Position numbers and translations under genes: made by a program. This document shows, one piece after another, positions 27,330 to 41,748 of a stretch of DNA of 64,000 nt. A model generated the notes under the pieces. It saw nothing but the letters and a program-made list of their open reading frames with translations, did no database searches and was not told where the DNA came from. The stretch comes from Octopus vulgaris (lineage: Eukaryota). The stretch covers positions 200,818,001-200,882,000 of the forward strand of contig OX597815.1 of assembly GCA_951406725.2 (NCBI GenBank). Reading direction: 5' to 3'. Position 1 is the stretch's first letter; each line of letters starts with the position of its first letter.

Positions 27330-27558
27330 GACCTCTGGCCGAAATCAGATCGCCATGTTGATTCGTTAGTTACTGCACGCATTTTTTTCTCTCCTTCTTT
27401 CTGTGTTTTTTTGTCTCTGTGTATCTTTCTGTTGAAGAGCGTAGGCTCGAAACGTTAAAGACTTGTTTTATTTATATTTCCTGAGCGCCATACTAATACA
27501 ATTGTTTGTTTGTTTTCCACCTGCCTTCGTCTTTTGTCTATTTTCATAAAGCTTCCCG

Positions 27559-27560
<2 letters not shown>
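27330..27560 (+). mobile_element. Short PLE pLTR-like repeat with minimal hammerhead variant (27424-27461)
   Basis: TCTTT-CTGTTGA-A-GAGC-GTAG-GCTC-GAAAC-GTT-AAAGA; ends at (TA)n at 27560. Confidence 0.65.
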
Positions 27561-27629
<69 letters not shown>

Positions 27630-27729
27630 AATATGCATAAATTAGAAAAAGAAAACACCTTTTATCAACTGAATAATGAAAAATTGAATTATACCATTTA
27701 GAAAAATTACACATAGAATTATTATTATA

Positions 27730-27794
<65 letters not shown>

Positions 27795-28279
27795 CATTAT
27801 TATTATTATTATTATATAATAAAATAAATATTTCCTACAGGTCAAATTCTAGAATGGTACACGTCTACTCAATCCTCGGCAACATATTCAAAACAAATTA
27901 TTGTTTCTATCGCAATTGTTGATGATTAATCCAAAGTCTACGCTAGCATAGGTGAGAAGGTGAGAAGCCTTTTTTTTTTATCTTCTCAGGTTATTTACGT
28001 CATTAAAACGTTGTGTTCAAAATTAGTAAACCAGTCAACATAACGCAGCATGTTTATTTATCAGACGATCAAATGGTCGTGTGTTTGCCACAATCATACG
28101 ATTTCCTCTTTAAGTATTCTGATTTTTCTTTCACCAAAATAAGACTTAATCTTTTCTTGAGAAAACCATTGCTGTCCTTCAAGTTAATTTTAAAAGCGAA
28201 TTTCCTGCAGTGTTAATGTTGTTCTGCGTTATTGCAAATTTATTAAAACAATTTCATTCATCATTAATCTTTCCCAAAT

Positions 28280-28610
28280 AGGCGCAGCAGTGGCTGTGTA
28301 GTAAGTAGCTTGCTAACCAACCACATGGTTCCGGGTTCAGTCCCACTGCGAGGCATCTTGGGCAAGTGTCTTCTGCTATAGCCCCGGGCCGACCAATGCC
28401 TTGTGAGTGGATTTGGTAGAGGGAAACTGAAAGAAGCCTGTCGTATATATGTGTATATATATATATGTGTGTGTGTTTGTTTGTGTGTCTGTGTTTGTCC
28501 CCCTAGCACTGGGCTTACAAAGAATAAGTCCCGGGGTCGATTTGCTCCACTAAAGGCGGTGCTCCAGCATGGCCGCAGTCTAAAACAAGTAAAAGAGAAA
28601 AGAGAGAAAG
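28280..28610 (+). mobile_element. Octopus SINE, family A (internal deletion in 3' module)
   Basis: Same head and tail as 22652; lacks the TTGACAACC...GAATAAGTA segment. Confidence 0.9.
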
Positions 28611-30747
28611 AGAAATTCTTCTGGCTTCACTATAATCTATCATGTTTTTCAATGGAAGCTATGTAGATATACTGAATTTGAACTAGAAAGTTATTTAACA
28701 TATTAATTCATATTTTAAGTAAGATATGAATTCCTACTGTTCTTTTTAAAGCATAAAATTCTGTGGGCATGTCATAATACCCTATACTAATATACCGATC
28801 CAGCATATTATTTTCATGCGTGTTATAGCAGAAGTTTCTCTCTAAATGATAATAGTACTTACAAAATCTTCCAAACATATATAATGTGATATTTCTATCA
28901 CACGCACACATATGCGTACATATATTCACGAATACACATACGCACAAAAACACAGAAACAATATCACACACGCGCAAACGAGCTACTAGTTAATAATGTT
29001 TTATGTCTCCTAACATATGAAATAATACACTTTGATATGGCAAATGTATTTACTTGGCTAGGAAATCATTAATTTAAGAAGAGGAATGGAATAGCGGAGT
29101 CAATTAGTAACATTAAATGAGTGTTTCTCTGTATTATCAATACCGAAGGGATAAATGGAAATAATGACGTCGGTACAATTCGGAATATAACCTATTGGGA
29201 AGAAACAAAATTTTGCAAATGATTTAGTTCCGCTAATTCCAGCGTTTTCTATTCACGATATATGCTATTGACTTCATCTATTTGCGAACTGAGGATTGCT
29301 TTAATCGACGCAATGCATACACGTTACTTAGCTTAACACGAATTGCAAGATAAAACACTTTATTTATACGAATCCATTTCAATATATGATGATCAATCAA
29401 ACAACAGGTTCTCATAATAAATTTATGGTAGTGTATCACAAATATCTAAGTATATGGCGTTTAATTATAAAGAAACCACAAACATTGTTTTGTTTATTTT
29501 AATGCATATTATAATACAAGATCTAAAGATAAACAATTTCAGATCAACATGATAATTAGTGGATCCAATACCCATAAGTTAAAGGCAATATCTACCATTT
29601 AATTTCTAAATGTTTAATTAAAAATAGTAGGTTTTTCAAACAATACTTCGCGCTGAAAAGTCACGTATAGCATATCTATTTTAAACTAGAATGCTTAAAA
29701 AATAGAAACAATTCACATAATGGATTTAGTGCAGTAGCGCTATTTTCTATTCTAATAAAACAAATTTGAAAATCTCCAAAAACAAGTCAGAGCTTACATA
29801 TTTGTGCAATCATTCCAAGGTAAACACAAAAAGATTATAACAAATATGTGACAAACCACACTACTAAAAGCAGAACTAGGTTACTTAATAAATAGTGACC
29901 TAGAGGACCCTCAAAGCTTAAAATAACAATTGAAAAATAAGCAGAGCGGCACATATTTTAACAGCATTTATTGATTAAAGTGCCATATTTATACTAATAA
30001 AATTAGAATCAGCCTGTTAAAGAACAGAAACAATTCACATTATAAATTTAGTGCAATGTAGCAAAATTTACGATTATAATAATTAAAAAATACGCCACCC
30101 TCAATTTACGCCGTATTTTCCATAAAGCAAGCATTGAAATATTTCTGAATTTTTACTAAAAGTATTTATTTTTCACATTTGTGTAGCTGATGAAATAGAG
30201 GCACAGTCAAAGACAGAAATCATCTGACGCAAATATAATTCATAACAGCCCATTATCATTATAAAATTGATAATTTTCCTAATTAGCCAGACCGATTAAC
30301 AAACACAATCAGTCAGTTGAGAAAAATAAGATGAGTAAAATAAATTTTAAAAAAAGAAGTGAAAGAGCATCAATAAAAGAAAACAGGCAACCAGACAGAA
30401 TGAGTAGAAGTAACAGAAAGTTTGTTCTATAAATAGAAAGTGCTTCTACTTTAATTTTAAAACACACAAAAATTATCTTTTTTGGTAGCGGCGTTCATTG
30501 GACAGAAGAGAAAATTAATAGACGTAATTTCAGTCTTGATATTTCGTTCTTTTTTCCTTGTTTTATTTTTTTCCATAAAAATGTTCACGTCTTTAGAGGA
30601 AAAGGATGGAGAAAATACAAATAGAACAAAACCTATTTAAAGAACCATACATACATACATTCATATATACATACATACTTACATACATGCATAGGTCTAT
30701 ACACTCATGGATATATAAAAACACGAAAACACACACACATACACGCA

Positions 30748-30803
<56 letters not shown>

Positions 30804-30850
30804 GACATAGATGTAATTATGTATATCTCAAATTTACATATATATGTATG

Positions 30851-30907
<57 letters not shown>

Positions 30908-30951
30908 GTGTGTGTGTAATTATATATATGCATGTATATGTGTATACATCC

Positions 30952-31011
<60 letters not shown>

Positions 31012-32168
31012 TATATTACTTTCAGTAAATATATATAAACGAGTGTCTTCGTGCGCACGCACGCGTGTGCAACAGAATACTGATCATTATATCGAATTAT
31101 GGAACTAATCAGTAATTTTGATGGGAGAGAGCTTGTTCATTACATTGACCTGCGTAGTTGACTGGTTTTTTAAATGTACAAATCAGAAATGAGGATAGTT
31201 AAAGCCAATGTCGGCGGCTTTGAACTCCGAATTTAAAAAGTCGTGAAAATGCCGCTAAGTTATTTGTGTAATGCGCTAATTTCTCGTAGCAATCTGTTTT
31301 TAACCGAATTTTTGTTTTCAAAATTGAGGCTCAAAAGCAGAAGTTTAGGTGAATGGAGTTCGCAATTTCACTGAACTCAGTGCTCATTTGGATCGCATTT
31401 TATCAACTCTACGTTGAAAGAAATTCCACGTCGAAAATCAGAAAATGACGGGTAAGAAGAAAAAAACCTTGCTAAAGTTTCTATTCAATCGCTGCCTTCT
31501 TAACAATAATAATAATTTCTGCTTGATGCATATAGTTTGAAATTTCTGGGAGAGGGCTTAGCCGAACATCCACTGACGTATTCAGGTGGTACTCATTTTA
31601 TCGACCACGGAAGGATTGAATACAAAGACCGCTACAATTACATTGGAACAAGGAAAGTAATGGATCAGATTAAATGCCCCCGATGAATTTTGCTCGGTGA
31701 AATAACAATTGTTTATCATATATATATATATATATATCGTTTGTAGAAATACATAAATTCGGAGGAGCAGCACACTCTATGATGTGGACCAATTAATATT
31801 ATAGTGGGGTAGGTCCTTTTATGGGGTTCTTTGAGTTTCTCACTCATAAGGGGTTTAGCCTTACGGCGTATCTTCAGACTCCAAACACTGCTCACCTGAA
31901 ACCTCTTAAAAATATGGAGTGGGGGACAATCCTCGGTTCTAAAGGTAAAATCCCTCGGTGATTATTTCCCTTTGCCATTGTCCATCGATCTGCAGTCGCG
32001 CTGCCATCTTCCCGTCACCAAAGCACCAAGAAGGTAAACGATTGTCTTCCTTCGGCCTTGTCTATTGGTTTCCGGCTGTGGTGCCGCCGTGCAGATTCCC
32101 AAAAAGCGAGAAACCCTGAGTAACCAAATAAAGCGGCCTAAACCATTATAATATATATATATACATAT

Positions 32169-32245
<77 letters not shown>

Positions 32246-32269
32246 GAGAGGGAGAGAGATAGATAGATG

Positions 32270-32301
<32 letters not shown>

Positions 32302-33039
32302 TATAGATAGATACATACATACATACATACATACATACATACATACATACATACATACATAGACAGAGAGAGAGGGAGATACGGAGGGACACACAGACAG
32401 ATACATATGTAAAGACCCAAAAATGCTGCCAATCATTTTGTTCAATGCATTACCGATTAGGACAGCGCAATTATCTACACAGACACGCAAGCAAACACTG
32501 ACACGCAAACACGCACGCACACACACAGACACACAAACATACACGCACGTGCATATACGTATGCGTGTGTGTGCGTCAGTGTAAGTATATATATAGATAT
32601 TTGTAATGTAATATATGGGGACATTGAGTCTTGTGGAGGGTATAAGAGATAGCTCTTCTAGCGGACTCGGCTAACAGATAGCACAGTAATCCAGTACAGT
32701 GGAGTACATTACAGAATCACGTGCAGATGGAATCCAGGACATACGATCGATGAAAATATTTCATGGGAAATATATAAAACCACAAAATTTCAGTCCGTAT
32801 GAGAAGTGAATATATTTATTTAACAACTTGTCATCCTTATCTCCAGGGTCCTTACGTAGACTCCTTTGATGTTATAATAATTTCAAATTATAATAGATTA
32901 GGTTTAAACGTGTGCGCTAATATGCATTCTCTGTATTGTACAATACAATTGGTCATTCGCAACGTGAAGAAAGAAAATTTCATGAGATCACAAGAATCTC
33001 CTGGTTGCGCAAACGATGCAGCCCGTGTATATGTATGTA

Positions 33040-33105
<66 letters not shown>

Positions 33106-33614
33106 TAATACTTATGAACATATATATATATATATGCACACATTCGCACACTCGTAAACTTTCACATGAATGCGTGAATTTGTGTGTATGTGTGACTCTA
33201 TGTGTATATGTGCGTGTATATTTGTGTGTATGTATATATATATATATGTGTGTGTGTGTGTATGTGCGTGAGTATGTGTGTGTGTGTGTGTGCGTGTGTG
33301 TGAGGAGTCATATTATGGTAGCCAGTTCGAGTTCTTAAATAAAATTCTAGCTGATCCGTGCTGAAACCTACTTCAAATTTTACATTCCCGACTGAACATG
33401 GTTTCCAGTATATATTTCTTTCTGGGTTGATCCGTATTGTATAACTCCTTAGTGTCACAGCAGTTTCCTTGGCATATTTCCTGACAATGCTTTAAATGTT
33501 TATCACAGAAATATAAAACATAATCTACGAAGTAATTAAAAACAAGACGTCTCTTAATTTTACAAACGTATAGGCCTTTCTGTTTCAATTGATGTGTGAA
33601 GCGGTGTGCATGAT

Positions 33615-33627
33615 CTAATCTATCTAT

Positions 33628-33707
<80 letters not shown>

Positions 33708-33717
33708 TTATCTATCC

Positions 33718-33756
<39 letters not shown>

Positions 33757-33766
33757 AATCTGTCTG

Positions 33767-33799
<33 letters not shown>

Positions 33800-33830
33800 A
33801 TATCTATATATCTATCTTTCAATCTGTCTG

Positions 33831-33891
<61 letters not shown>

Positions 33892-33906
33892 GTCTCTGTA
33901 TAGATG

Positions 33907-33963
<57 letters not shown>

Positions 33964-33990
33964 GTGTGTGTGCGTGTGTGTGTGTGTGTA
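33615..33990. repeat. (TATC)n plus (CA)/(TA)/(TG) microsatellites
   Basis: Directly visible. Confidence 0.95.
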
Positions 33991-34104
33991 GACACACAGA
34001 TGGATAGATATGTTTCTTTATTTACATAGATGATTTAAATATAGATAGGCAGGATAGGTAGATATGCATACATATATAAAATGATGTATAGATACAGGTA
34101 GATC

Positions 34105-34150
<46 letters not shown>

Positions 34151-35658
34151 AATATAAATAGATAGATAGATACACTGTTATGTATGTACGTATGCATGTC
34201 TTTACACATACACTTCTCTCCGTTTTCTTCATAATAGTGATTTATTAATTAGCACGAAAATCGCACGCAAGTACTTACATGCACACTCAACTACATACAT
34301 TAGCTCATATACTCAAAGAGCCTCCACAGAAATATATTTCTTCCTCTTAGTCATAAATACACATAGAAGCAAAACCAGACACCAACAGACACACTAACAC
34401 GTAAAGATACACGCACGTACGCTTACATATACACACACACACATACAAATATATACTCGTGCCCGGATATTCTAAAAGCAGACGTTTTATTAAAATACAA
34501 CAGAAGAATAAAAAAAGATGAGGAAAAAAAAACAACAACAAATATTGGTGTCTATCTATAAAATATAAAACACTGAAATTTGGTAGTGTTGAAAAATTGC
34601 CAATATTTAGCAGCTCTCCATTTCCTTTGCCGTTATGAATTCACTAGAGTATAGAAATTGAGATAGTATTACTTTTAGAATATAATGCTTACCAACCATT
34701 TTCAATTTAATGACTGTCCGGGCGGCCATTTACAAAGACTTTCTCATAACCACTGTCTTATGCCATCAAAATGTCTCATAGTTTTATTTGACTAATCAAC
34801 GGCATTATTTATTTTACAATTTGTGTTTTTTCTTCTTTTTTTTTATCACGTCTGGGAAAACTATTTATTGGTCTTGTAATTTAATAAATATGTGACTTGT
34901 TTTGTTAAGTAGTCGAACAGTAATAAAGTATTACTGATTTCTTATTTCTACAAAGTGGCTTGATATAGTAGAAATAGCTTACTCTGAGCAACCCGATTTA
35001 TTAGTAAGTTAAGATTAGTAATAATGAATCGTTTATTACTATAACGATACATCCATTCATATAAGCATATTATATTACTATACCTCCATTTATCTTTTTT
35101 CTAGTATCAATTTACCTCTTTCTCTGTATCTCTCGCACACGTTTTTATTCACGTTCGATGTCACACTATACATATATATAAGTCTGTCTCTCTCTCTTAT
35201 ATGTCTATGTGCGTGCGTGTATGTGTGTGAGTGTGTAGGCATACATATATACACACAAAGAAATTTTACACGCACTCATAACCACACACGCACATACACG
35301 CACGCACACATATATAGTATTAGTACTGTCGTGTTACCTCTACTGAAATCGGTTTTGTTCAAGAAAATGCGTCTCAATGTAGTACTAAATGCTATAATTG
35401 CAGTATTTTATATTTATCCTTTACAAACGTTTACAAATTGGTGCCATAAACGGTATGCGTGTGTATGTGTATGTGCACGCGCACGTGTGATTTAGTGTGT
35501 GCGTATATATGTGTGTGTGTATGTATGTCTGTGTATATACATATGTTAGGGTATATACATATATACAAAATAATAAATAAAACATATGCATATATACATA
35601 CATACATGTACGTGCCTACACCTATATGTATATATACATGCATATATATATATAAAAA

Positions 35659-35889
35659 AGGCGGCGAGCTGGCAGAGACGTTAGCACGCCGGGCAAAATG
35701 CGTTGCTGTATGTCGTCTGCCGTTACGTTCCGAGTTCAAATTCCGCCGAGGTCGACTTTGCCTTTCATCCTTCCGGGGTCGATAAATTAAGTACCAGTTA
35801 CGCACTGGGGTCGATGTAATCGACTTAATCCGTTCGTCTGTCCTTGTTTGTCTCCTCTGTGTTTAGCCGCTTGTTGGTAATAAAGAAAT
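35659..35889 (+). mobile_element. SINE family C
   Basis: Matches 24685-24916. Confidence 0.88.
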
Positions 35890-38004
35890 ATATATACATG
35901 CATATATGGGTACAGGACACCAAAAAATCGTCGAACAAAATGAGAAACGAAAACATAAAAACAGAACCATGGAAACGGACATTTTTTTAAACAACGAAAA
36001 AACAGGGTACAAGACATATAACACGAGGAAAATTTCCCTTATCCAGCCGCCACGAACCTAAGTATGTATGTGTGTAAGTATATATACCAGATACGTTTTT
36101 CGTGTAAATCCTGAAATAAGTGAATATACGTACATTCCTATTGCGTGTACTTTTTATTTTCTAATTCAACGCTACAGTTGAGAATGAATACATCCACTCA
36201 CAATGGTTGAAGAAACAAAGGAAACAAAATACAAGCCGTATTGTACGCTTCGTAAACCTTGTTGACACTGAAAATCGATGTAACCAAACATATGTATAAT
36301 AATTCATCGGGTGCAAGCATAGAACAACGGCAATTCATTAGAACAAGCAAAAAATTAATAGAAATGATGCTGTTTCGATTCTCGTACTTCTGCACCCCGT
36401 GAATTAGTATAAATTTGACAGACATCAGCGCACCACAGAAAATAATTTGTTTGCTGCTTTATTCAAACAAGAGCCTTTACTTTTGTTGGATGATCCGTCA
36501 GGAGTAGCTTTGGTGATAACACATCACATGTGGCTGAAAGATCGCATTGTTTTAAAGTTCCTTTCCGCCGGTGACTGGCGTATTTTATGAACAATCATAC
36601 TCAATGAGGAAATCTCCGATGAAAGAAATAGCAGCGCTCAGATACTTATATTCGAATCTGTCCGGAGATATTGAAAATGGATGAATACGTTATTGCTGAA
36701 TGTTCTAGAATCTTTCGATAGATCCAACGTACTTCATAACAAAAAGTAATAAATTGACATAGACACAAATAATCTTTCACACAGTTATGCACTCCAATAA
36801 ACACACACATATGCACACGCTCACACACATATACACACAGATACGCACACGCACAGGCACACAGACACATAGAGACACAGACACAATCACACACATGTAC
36901 ATACATACACAGAAGAACTTAAGCGAGAACTTGTTGAGCATTAATCTGTGACTGCTTGATAATCAGCATGGAAAGGTAATAAAGTAATTCCAGATTTGGG
37001 GGCAACACTCTTTTCTAGTGACGAAGAAACAGATGTTGACTTAAAATCGCAGCATATGCTTGTTACGGACGATTTCGAGAAGTGCTACGGCTAGAGTGCC
37101 AACGAGGCATAAAACTATGAGCCAAGGGCAAATAACATTTAGCAGAAGTACTCTCCGTTTTGCTTCAAATTGCCAAGACATATTGTGCAATTTGCGACTT
37201 TTACGATATGTAAGGAATATTTCACAGCGGAACAAATCTTTAAATAATCCACCGCGCAACGCACAAATACGTTAAGTGCTGCGTGAAACCTCCTAATGTC
37301 ACTGAGGCACAGGTCGGAGGTTTGATATAATTGGAGGACTCGATGATCCTCAAGGATTCGCTATTCTTGGAAGTAAACTGAAATCTGGAATGCATTATTG
37401 AGTGTATGCATAATCCTACGTAAGAGATGTTATCAAACGATACCTTAGTAAGCAAGGGGCATTATTGACCCTACAAGGTTTAGAAATGACTAGAAATGAT
37501 GAAGATGTAGAATGACGAATAAGTATTTACTACACACAAGAATTGCAGACAACAACTATGAAACACCTAACAAAAAAAAAAAAAAAGAGAAGTTTCCGCG
37601 GCAAAATGTTTGGAGATAATCTATAGTATTCCGAAACAATTTTCTGACAATAATTCTGATCAAATGTCATACAAAAACGTAACGTGGAGTATCGTGTATC
37701 AATATGTTTCATTATATATTTGAAATAATAACCAAACGCAAAAACAAAAGAAAAAATACTACGATGTTATAAACGTTTTCAAGGAATTGCTAAGCAGTAG
37801 TATGTTTCTTTATATTTATGTGTATGCATATATCTACTTATACAGACACAAATACATATGTACATACAGGAAAATCACATACACACACACATACACAAAC
37901 ATCTGCACACACGCGCATACACACACAGAGACACACAGAGACACAGACACAGACACACACCCATGCGCTACTGGGAGTTTCAACGCCTCTATCTTTTTTT
38001 TCTA

Positions 38005-38373
38005 TTTTACTCTCTTTTACTTGTTTCAGTCACTTGACAGCGGTCATGCTGGAGCACCGCCTTTAGTCGAGCAAATCGACCCCAGGACTTATTCTTTCTA
38101 TGCTTAGTACTTACTCTATCGGACACTTTTGCCGAACTGCTAAACACACCAGCATCGGTTGTCAAGCAGCGTTGCGGAGACAAACACAGACACACAAACA
38201 TATATACACACATACATATGTATATACATATATACGACAGGCTTCTTTCAGTTTCTGTCTACCAAATTCACTCACAAGTCTTTGGTCGGCCCGAGGCTAT
38301 AGTAGAAGACATTTACCCAAGGTGCCACGCAGTGGGACTGAACCCGGAACCATGTGGATGGTAAGCAAGCTAC
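38005..38373 (-). mobile_element. Octopus SINE, family A (5' end slightly truncated)
   Basis: Reverse complement of the 22652 family. Confidence 0.88.
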
Positions 38374-38639
38374 TTTATTTCATTTTATTTGCCATAAAGG
38401 CAGTATACAGAGTAGCTGCGTGCTGGATAAACTTATTAATGAATGAAAATGATATCAAAATGAATAAATGAGAGACGAAACCCAACATATTTTCTTTTTT
38501 TTTAAATCAATATGATGTTTCAAACCTCTTACAAAAAGGAGGCACTAAAACCTCTTACTTAACATGTTTTTCTTTAAACACACAATTGAGGTTATAAACT
38601 TCTTCAAATAATGCAATAAGATGTGGTTTAAATCCCTCT

Positions 38640-39650
38640 AACGAGGTTTTTTCACCTCCTACTCATCGATATATCCATCAATATAGCTATCATTATCTTC
38701 AATGCCGCTTGAGTACCTGTACCCCGCCATTTCCCATGCCTCATACAGGTACGAACCATATATCGTGTTAGGGCCACTCGGCCATATGCGACATCCCTCT
38801 TTAAAATCTTTTAAGCTTTTCCCACACGGAAAACCTTATGACCTCCACAGCTATTCGCGAAGGGCATTCGGGATCCCGTGTGAAGGCCATATCTACTGTC
38901 TATGGTATCTATGGTATACTGTTTTTTTCCACCTACCCGCCCTTGTAGAAGAAGATAAGTAATTCTTCAACTTTAAGGGTGGGGGTCGTTTCTTCCACCG
39001 TGGGTGGCACAAATTCGTGACATGCAGATGGCACATCATCGTCCACCTGCAATGATCCATTTTTCTTCTTTCTTTTTTTTTTCTTCCTGACTTCGGAGAG
39101 TGGAGCTCTTCCGCTTTGTCCGGAGTCTCTCCCCCACCTCCCAAAGCCTTAGGCTCCTTCGGCGGGCAACTATTGTTGCCAGCTTTCTTCCTTTTTAATC
39201 CTTTTTGGGTTGAAGAGGCTGAAGGATATCGACTCCTTACTTGCTATTCTAAAATGCACCATAAATGCTCAATACTATTGTTATCTGGAGACTGTGGTCG
39301 CTAGATACGTTGTTCAACTTCACTAGAATGTTCCTAGTGCCATTTAGCAACAACTTTGGCAGTGTGAATGTGTGTATTAACATCTTCAAAGATTGCGCTT
39401 CCCTCCGGAAACAGTTCCGCAACTATAGGATGGATTTGGTCAGATCCATGCTTAAATAATCTTGATTATTAATACTGCCATGGAAGGAAACTATTAGGCC
39501 GGCGGAAAGAAGTTGAAAGAAGGCAGTCTAGGGCAAATGCTTCTATAGGTTGTTTCCACACGGATACTCGGCCGGTGGTCGGAAATGGGGTAAAGGATGA
39601 CTCTTCTGAGAAAATAATATTCTTTCACTGCTCTAGAGACCAATTCTCTA
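38640..39650. mobile_element. GC-richer decayed coding-like segment, probably a retroelement fragment
   Basis: Higher GC with broken ORFs and K/R-rich stretches; no diagnostic motif recognised. Confidence 0.25.
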
Positions 39651-39659
39651 GGTTTTTAC

Positions 39660-40224
39660 TCCACACTAAACGTTTTGCAACATCTGTTTTGAAAGTAGAT
39701 GTATTCTGATTTCAACCCTTCCCTGAAATCTGTGTTTGTGCAGTTCCCGGCGAACAGCTTTTGTGGAAACTGGGTTCTGGAGATGGTCATTAAGCTCTGC
39801 AGTAATTTTAGGAACTGTACTTTTGGATCCTTTCTCACAATTCGCGTAAGAGTCCGTCGGTCCCAACCAGAAAGTTTTGATTTTCTTTCAGAGTATTGTT
39901 TTGATGAGGAGGATTTTTGCCTCTTTCTCAAAGGCTGTCGTTACTTCCGAGACAGAACTTCTTGATACACCAAATATTTTGGCTGTTTTCATTACGCTAG
40001 CGCCTGCCCTCTTTGAAAGTTCGATAGATCTGTCATTTTAAAGAATTTTAATGACATTTTTCTGATGATATCTGAAAAGAAACAGGAATTTTAGTAAAAC
40101 ATATTAAGCAATACTAATAATAAATAATAAAATAACAATAAACAAGCTTTTGACGTTTAATTGATATTTCAAAATTATGATGCTATGATGCTAGGTGTTT
40201 CCATTATTTTGTCCAACCACTGTA
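39660..40224 (-). mobile_element. Tc1 element 5' fragment (TIR plus N-terminal HTH region)
   Basis: Reverse complement terminus TA-CAGTGGTTGGACAAAATAATGGAAACACC. Peptides KLSGWDRRTLTRIVRK and KITAELNDHLQNPVSTKAVRRELHK. Confidence 0.85.
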
Positions 40225-41106
40225 CACACACACACACGGGATGAAAAGTTTGTTTATATTGCACTACCATAGTGTTTTTTAGAAGTGATACAGAGAAATA
40301 TTGTTATTATGATTTAAATAGGTTAGGATATAATTTCCGTTGTTCTAAGGGAAAAAAAAATAGTTATGTAAAAATTATTTGGTATATCAAAAGACTATTT
40401 TGTACTTACGAGATGCAAAAAGAAAAAAAAAACTGAAACCGGCGGTGTAGCTTTATATTTCTTTGGGTCATGAGTAACTATTGCTCTCCTTTTGTTCCTA
40501 TAGCTAAATTGGAAAAGTCTATTTCACATGAGATTATTTTGATTAGAATTTTTTTTTTATATGAGCCTTTTTGAGTGTTTTTTGTTTATGGATTCTGTTA
40601 GTATATTACGTAAAATTCAGAAGAAAAAAAACATTACGTGGTAGAGCGATTTTCATATGTGAACTTAATTATCTACATAATGTTTTTAGTAATATCTTCA
40701 TTTTATGCAAATTTTCATTATATTTATGGTGGAAAATAATGTCAACAATGCGTTAATCTTTTATGCATAACTGTAGAAGAGCAAGCTACAATATGCCGCC
40801 TACTCCATTCTAACGACAAGAGAATTATCCGCACCAAAATTTTGCTGCATATTTGGAGCTCTTTGAATTATTTCACTACAATGTTACACTTGGCTGATGC
40901 CAGCTTTCTAGTACCAGGCACATAGTTTTTCTCCGTATATTTATTTATTCATTTATCTTTTTTTTTTCTTTGGAGGTGGGTGTTGAAAATTATACAAGTA
41001 ACGAAAAATTACCACGTGATTCAGTAAGGCTTTTTTTTAATGTCTTATTTCTTTCGGTATGTATTTGTTTTAAGTTATTAATGTAACGGCAATTTTCCAC
41101 AGTTTT

Positions 41107-41320
41107 GCCGAACTAGCAGAATCGCTCGCACGCCGGGTATATGCATAGCGATCGTTGGTCCGTCTTTACATTCAAAGTTGAAATTTTGCAGAGCTCAACA
41201 TCACCTTTCATCACTTGCGGGTCTATAAAATAAGTACCACTTTGATACTAGGCGGTGGGTTGGATGTTATCGACATATCCCTCCTCCGTAATTGCCGGAC
41301 TTGTGTCAAACTTTGAAGAG
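41107..41320 (+). mobile_element. Degraded SINE family C
   Basis: GCAGAATCGCTCGCACGCCGGG...CCTTTCATC...ATAAGTACCA. Confidence 0.6.
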
Positions 41321-41440
41321 TATATTGAGAGTATCGAAATGTTTGGTGTATTTTCACTGTCTACACGCTTCTATGCATACAGAAATAAGCACACATATAA
41401 ACATATCGTTTTAATAAGTTGTGTATATACATGTACTAAA

Positions 41441-41748
41441 GAGGCGCAATGCCCCAGTGGCTAGGGCAGCGGACTCGCGGTCGGAAGTTCGCGGTTTCGA
41501 TTACCAGACCAGGCGTTATGTGTGTTTATTGAGCGAAAACAACTAAAGCTCCTCGAGGCTCCGGCAAGGGGTGGTAGCGATCCCTGTTGTACTCTATCGC
41601 GCTAACTTTCTCTCACTCTCTCTTTTCTTGAGTAACGCTGCGATGGACTTGCGTCCCGTCCAGCTGGGGGACAACATACGTCACAGAAACCGAGAAACTG
41701 GGCCCACGAGCCTGGCTAAGCCTGAAAAAGGCGCATAAATAAAATAAT
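41441..41748 (+). mobile_element. SINE with family B head and a different 3' module
   Basis: Head matches 12575-12752, followed by CTGCGATGGACTTGCGTCCCGTCCAG and an A-rich tail. Confidence 0.8.

Noticed and set aside
31850-31885. Minus-strand CTGAAGA-TAC-GCC-GTAA-GGC-TAAAC
   Set aside because: Lacks GAAA and stems I/III; not counted as a ribozyme.
30606-34232. Long YI/CV/LSIY-rich ORFs
   Set aside because: Stop-free microsatellite frames.
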